Assembly (NCBI GenBank): GCA_036231405.1
Contig: JAZAHK010000040.1
Span: forward strand, 1-21,053
Reading direction: 5' to 3'
Source: Nitrospinota bacterium
GTDB lineage: Bacteria; UBA8248
DNA length: 21,053 bases
The notes under the pieces were generated by a model, which was not told where the DNA came from, did not search any database, and worked only from the letters and a program-made list of their open reading frames with translations. The translations under genes and the position numbers were made by a program. Positions 16,761 through 21,053 of the stretch are shown here, piece by piece (positions within the stretch are counted from its first letter, which is position 1; every line of letters begins with the position of its first letter).

Positions 16761-16876
16761 TTTTTTTTCAAAGTTGAAAATCATATCTTCTTATTTTATG
16801 ATTGTTATATCGAAATAATTAACTAGTTCTTATTTTCCTTATAAGTTTCTTTAATTCTACTTTTGGGAGGGGTGTA

Positions 16877-17854
16877 ATGTTTCAGAACTTGAAGAGAATG
16901 TTTGCATTTGTAGTAGTATTTTTATTCATTGCCTGTTCACATGTAAGTGCCGCTGACAGACTTAAGATGGGAAGTTGGAAAAAAGGAAGTGGATGGCATG
17001 TATATACAGCAACTATGGCTAATATTGTGAATAACGCAAAAACAGGGGTTTCGATAGATCCACTTTCTAAAGGTGGTGGAGTAGGGAATCCTATCAACGT
17101 GGGAACAGGGAAATTTGATTTAGCTCTTACTTTTAGTGTTGCTGCTAGTTGGGCTGTTCAAGGAAAAGTTGCATACAAGAAAGCCTTTACTAATTTGAGA
17201 GGTTTAGTTGGTGGTCTTGATCAATACTATCTTGGAATCGTTACAACCAACAAAAAAGTATCTAGTATCAACGATCTGAAAACAGTGCCTGTGAATTACA
17301 TAACTGTTCCACGTGGAGGTTTAGGACAGTGGGCTACTCGTGCAATGCTAGGAGCACATGGAATAACATACGGGCATATAAAGAAGAATGGAGGGTCTGT
17401 TACTCATACTGGTTTTGGTGCAATTAAGAGTAGAATGGCAGATGGTCAGGCAAATATGTTAAGTCACACTGTAAATGCGGGACATCCTGCACTAACATCA
17501 ATAGCGATTAAAAAGAAACTTAAATTCTTAGGGGTTGAAGATAAGTATAGAAATAAGTTGCTGGGTATTGGGTTTTTGAAAGCTGACTTGCCAGCGAATA
17601 CTTTTCCTGGTCAAACTTCATCCAAGAAGACGTTTGGGTTTACTACTTGTGTTATTGCATCAACTAAAATGTCAAATGATGTAGCATACAAAATCGTTAA
17701 ATCATTAATCAGTAATATCAAAGATCTTCGAGCTGGACATAAAGGTCTGCGTAATTTCAAACCAGAGAAAACTGGATGGAAAGTTTCGCAAATGGGTGCT
17801 CCTGTCCATGCAGGTGCCGCAAGATATTATAAAGAGAGAGGTTGGTTGAAATAA
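16877..17854 (+). CDS. TAXI-family TRAP solute-binding protein
   Basis: N-terminal signal peptide (…SHVSA/A), SKGGGVGN, LPANTFPGQ, VAYKIVK and C-terminal PVHAGAARYYKERG. Strong RBS GGGAGGGG. Adjacent to the fused permease. Confidence 0.92.
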   Translation: MFQNLKRMFAFVVVFLFIACSHVSAADRLKMGSWKKGSGWHVYTATMANIVNNAKTGVSIDPLSKGGGVGNPINVGTGKFDLALTFSVAASWAVQGKVAYKKAFTNLRGLVGGLDQYYLGIVTTNKKVSSINDLKTVPVNYITVPRGGLGQWATRAMLGAHGITYGHIKKNGGSVTHTGFGAIKSRMADGQANMLSHTVNAGHPALTSIAIKKKLKFLGVEDKYRNKLLGIGFLKADLPANTFPGQTSSKKTFGFTTCVIASTKMSNDVAYKIVKSLISNIKDLRAGHKGLRNFKPEKTGWKVSQMGAPVHAGAARYYKERGWLK

Positions 17855-17862
17855 GGTTTATA

Positions 17863-17900
17863 TTTTGGCATCGTCCTGATTTTTAGGGACGGTGCCAAAA
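17863..17900. other. Strong intergenic stem-loop (mRNA stabiliser/processing site or atypical terminator)
   Basis: TTTTGGCATCGTCC-TGATTTTTAG-GGACGGTGCCAAAA: a 14-bp stem with one G-U pair, 8 nt after the SBP stop. No U-tract follows it on either strand. Confidence 0.7.
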
Positions 17901-17976
17901 AAATAAAGTTTCATAGTTCTTTGGTTTCTTAATCAAAGGCTTATTCTGTAATTTATTTCAATCAGGAGTTTCCAAT

Positions 17977-19362
17977 ATGATTGGACAAAGTCTTCGAGAT
18001 TTTCTGAAGATGGTAGAGGAAGAATTTCCTGAAGAGTTTGTCCGAATCACAGTGCCAGTAAGTCGTGAAGACATTACTGCAACTGTTTTTGAACTCGAAA
18101 GTGTAGGAAAAAGTCCAGTTGTTTTTTTCGAAAATGTTAAAGGATTTGACCAGCCTGTTGTTACTAATATAGCGGGGAACAGAAAACTTCTAGCTGCAAG
18201 TCTTCAAGTGGATCTATCTGATCTGCCGACTACATTCAAAGATCGATGTCAGGATTACAAGCCTGTAAAAGTTGAAAATGATCCTCCTTGGAAAGAAGTT
18301 GTTTTTGAAGGAGAGGATGTCGATCTGAATAATTTGCCGATCCCTTTCCATTTCGAAGTTGATGCAGCTCCGTATATAACTGCCGGACAAATTACTGCAC
18401 GTGATCCTGAGACAGGGGTCGACACAACTGGATTCCATCGACTAATGTTAAATGGGAAAAATAAACTTGGTGTGTCTCTTCATTCTAGACGAAGAATGTA
18501 TCATTTCCATAAAAAAGCTGAATCTCGAGGAGAATCCTTACCAGCGGCTATTGCAATTGGTATTCACCCTATTCATTATATGGGTTCTATGGCTTACCAT
18601 TTTCCTCCTAATATTCGTAAATATGAAGTAATAGGAGGTCTTTTTGGTGAATCTTATCGAGTTTCTACTTGTTCTACTAATAATTTAGAAGTTCCTTATG
18701 GGGCAGAAATTATTCTAGAAGGTGAAATTTTAGCTGATGTTAAAGAACCCGAGGGACCATTCGGCGAATTTACTGGATATGCCTCTTATAGGAGCACTCA
18801 AAACGTTTTTATTGTTAAAAAAGTGCAAATGAGAAAAGATCCGATTTTTCATAGCATAGCCTCAGGGATGTCAGCCGATCATATTTTAATATCGTGCGTA
18901 AGCAGAGAAGCTGAGATCTTAAATTCTTTGCGTCGTAATCTACCGAATGTGAAAAATGTACACGTACCATCTGTGACTGCAGGAGCACTTCTGGCAATAG
19001 TTTCTATGGACAAAACGGCCGAAGGTCAGCCACAACAAGCAGTTATGGCGGCACTTGGAACGGAATTTTACTGTAAATGTGTAGTAGTGGTTGACGATGA
19101 TGTTGATATTTTTAATTTATCTGATGTTGCATGGGCAATTATGACGCGAACACGTGCCGACAAGGATATGTTTTTTATTCCAGGCGCAATGGGTGCAATT
19201 CTAGATCCTACTTCTGATCCTGATACTCATACCCTTACCAAAATTGGTATTGATGCTACAAAACCTGAGGGAAAAGATTTTGCAGAGCGCTTGTTTATCT
19301 CTCAAGAACAAAAAGAACGGGTCCGTGAAATGTTGAAAGCTACAGGGTTGCCACTTTCATAG
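17977..19362 (+). CDS. UbiD family (prFMN-dependent) (de)carboxylase
   Basis: SLRDFL, DLNNLPIP, DAAPYIT, RDPETG...GFHRL, VPYGAEIILEG, EPEGPFGEFTGY (E-x4-E), VVVVDDDVDIF, LDP and KIGIDATKP. Confidence 0.93.
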   Translation: MIGQSLRDFLKMVEEEFPEEFVRITVPVSREDITATVFELESVGKSPVVFFENVKGFDQPVVTNIAGNRKLLAASLQVDLSDLPTTFKDRCQDYKPVKVENDPPWKEVVFEGEDVDLNNLPIPFHFEVDAAPYITAGQITARDPETGVDTTGFHRLMLNGKNKLGVSLHSRRRMYHFHKKAESRGESLPAAIAIGIHPIHYMGSMAYHFPPNIRKYEVIGGLFGESYRVSTCSTNNLEVPYGAEIILEGEILADVKEPEGPFGEFTGYASYRSTQNVFIVKKVQMRKDPIFHSIASGMSADHILISCVSREAEILNSLRRNLPNVKNVHVPSVTAGALLAIVSMDKTAEGQPQQAVMAALGTEFYCKCVVVVDDDVDIFNLSDVAWAIMTRTRADKDMFFIPGAMGAILDPTSDPDTHTLTKIGIDATKPEGKDFAERLFISQEQKERVREMLKATGLPLS

Positions 19363-19481
19363 CAGTGAAAATAAAATTGTATAAAATATAGATTCTTGAT
19401 TTCTGTAAATACGAAATCATTGGGTTTTAATTTTTTAAATAGATTACTCAAAATTGATTTCATAGATAGGAGATAATACAT

Positions 19482-20984
19482 ATGCGAACGAAAATAGAAG
19501 CTTCATGGATAGTTGCCTATGAAGAAGATGACCATAAATTAATTAAAGATGGTGTTGTTGTATACGAGGATAATAAGATTCTTTATGTTGGACAATCCTT
19601 TGACGGAGAAGTGGATAATACTATTGTTGCCAATGGGAGTCTTGTTTGTCCTGGATTTATTGATACTCACGTACACTCTGGCCACAGAGCTTCGCACAGA
19701 TTAATTACTGATACTGGACGTCCTATGTATTATGGGCAACCTTTTTTGGAGATATCAGTACCTAAAGAAGGGAAGGTGGTAAGTGGCGATCCAAGATATC
19801 TGAAGCATGGAGATAGTGAGAGTGAATCTGCTTTTCTTTTAAATGCAATTTTTACTGTTGCTGAACTTTTGAGAAATGGAATTACTACCTTCATAGAATA
19901 CGGGAGTCAATTACGTGTGCAAGAAGCTCTGCTAGATGAAGTGCAAAGGTTAGGTACTCGTGCATATTTAGGCCCTGGGTATGATTGTGGACGCTGGGTA
20001 GGAGATAAGTCTGGTAGGTTGAAAAGAGTGCGAAATGATCAACTTGGACTGGATGGGTTCGATACAGCACTGGATTGGATAAAGAAGAATGATGGAACTG
20101 CCGAAGATAGAGTTCGAGGAATTCTAGTTCCTCGTGAAGTTGAAACCTGCTCTCTGGAAGTTTTGAAACGAACTAGAGATGCTTCTAATGAATTTGGTTT
20201 CCCCATGGCAACTCACGCCGCATACAGCGTAATTGAGTTTTATGAAGTAGTGAAAGAGCATATGAAGACTCCCATCGAGTTACTAGATGATTTAGAGATG
20301 CTAAGGCCAACTTTGAATATAGGGCATGGAAATTTTGTGTCTGACAATTCAAACCTAAATTATTCTTCTCATAATGACTTGAAACTTATGGGTGCGTCTG
20401 GAGCATCGATATCCCATTGTCCTATTAATATAATGAGGCGTGGTAGGAAGCTTGATAATTGGAAGAAATATGAAATGGCTGGTGTAAATATGTCGATAGG
20501 AACAGACACGTACCCACGTGACATGATTATGAATATGAGAAATGCTTCATATCATGGAAAAGTGATGGGGAATTCTTATTTTTATGCAAGTGCAGGTGAT
20601 GTTTTCCGTGCAGCTACTTTAGGTGGGGCGATTTCAGTCGGACGAGAGGATTTAGGAAGATTGAAACCAGGTGCCATAGCAGATATCCTTATAATTGACT
20701 TAACAGGAAGAGGAACGTTAAGGTTCGGGCCAGTTAGAGATCCAATTAAAAGCCTAATTGAGTGTGGAATTGGAGATGACGTGCAAACTGTTATTGTAGA
20801 TGGAAAAATAGTAATGGAAAATGGTGTTATTCCCGGGGTAGATTTATCAAAGATCGCGGAAGAAGCGCAGACTGCTGGCGAGCAGGTTTGGAATACTCAT
20901 CAGGATTGGGACCCACTTGAACGAACACATATAGAAGCATGTCCATGGTGTTACTCGATGGATGAGATCTATGAAGAAAGTTAG
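19482..20984 (+). CDS. Amidohydrolase superfamily protein (chlorohydrolase/MTA-SAH deaminase-like)
   Basis: PGFIDTHVH, ELLRNGITT, THAA, IGHG, SHCP, IGTD and ATLGGA...GRLKPGAIAD. RBS AGGAG. Confidence 0.88.
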   Translation: MRTKIEASWIVAYEEDDHKLIKDGVVVYEDNKILYVGQSFDGEVDNTIVANGSLVCPGFIDTHVHSGHRASHRLITDTGRPMYYGQPFLEISVPKEGKVVSGDPRYLKHGDSESESAFLLNAIFTVAELLRNGITTFIEYGSQLRVQEALLDEVQRLGTRAYLGPGYDCGRWVGDKSGRLKRVRNDQLGLDGFDTALDWIKKNDGTAEDRVRGILVPREVETCSLEVLKRTRDASNEFGFPMATHAAYSVIEFYEVVKEHMKTPIELLDDLEMLRPTLNIGHGNFVSDNSNLNYSSHNDLKLMGASGASISHCPINIMRRGRKLDNWKKYEMAGVNMSIGTDTYPRDMIMNMRNASYHGKVMGNSYFYASAGDVFRAATLGGAISVGREDLGRLKPGAIADILIIDLTGRGTLRFGPVRDPIKSLIECGIGDDVQTVIVDGKIVMENGVIPGVDLSKIAEEAQTAGEQVWNTHQDWDPLERTHIEACPWCYSMDEIYEES

Positions 20985-21053
20985 TCTTGTTCTTGAGAAG
21001 AAATGTATCCGGGGATTTTGATTGTGCGGAATTCTTTATCTAAAGAACCTAAG
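20981..21053 (-). CDS. Possible 3' end of a convergent gene entering from beyond the window
   Basis: The minus frame from 21052 is open for 23 codons (LGSLDKEFRTIKIPGYISSQEQD) to TAA at 20983-20981, overlapping the amidohydrolase TAG. Too short to identify. Confidence 0.3.
   Translation of the reverse strand, partial: LGSLDKEFRTIKIPGYISSQEQD

Noticed and set aside
1-21053. tRNA-Sec, other RNA genes, CRISPR arrays, IS elements
   Set aside because: Intergenic gaps are short (about 140 nt or less) and AT-rich. No cloverleaf, repeat-spacer pattern or transposase was seen.

Overview
AT-rich bacterial window of about 16 co-oriented + strand catabolic/redox genes, flanked on the left by a divergent 1-Cys peroxiredoxin that runs off the window. 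The main signal is an atypical selenocysteine-dependent glycine/sarcosine/betaine-reductase-like (Grd) module, grdC-grdA-grdE-grdB, which the ORF track breaks up. GrdA (2026-2478) and GrdB (3815-5131) each contain an in-frame UGA (2146-2148 and 4862-4864) followed by a candidate SECIS hairpin. Compared from memory with the clostridial enzymes, the module is remodelled. GrdB has UxxGxxS instead of UxxCxxC, and the GrdE-like proprotein lacks the pyruvoyl-forming Cys motif. GrdC appears to lack its C-terminal tail, and grdD (the acetyl-phosphate-releasing subunit) is absent, with a two-subunit class I CoA-transferase following grdB. Downstream are an M20 deacylase, two luciferase-like flavin oxidoreductases, a cysteine-synthase-family PLP enzyme, an orphan xanthine-dehydrogenase-family Mo subunit, an M24 hydrolase, a TAXI-TRAP transporter, a UbiD decarboxylase and an amidohydrolase. 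Several of these have non-canonical active-site motifs. Working hypothesis (inference): a GrdD-independent, possibly CoA-coupled selenoenzyme reductase for a non-glycine substrate. No RNA genes, mobile elements or CRISPR arrays were seen.
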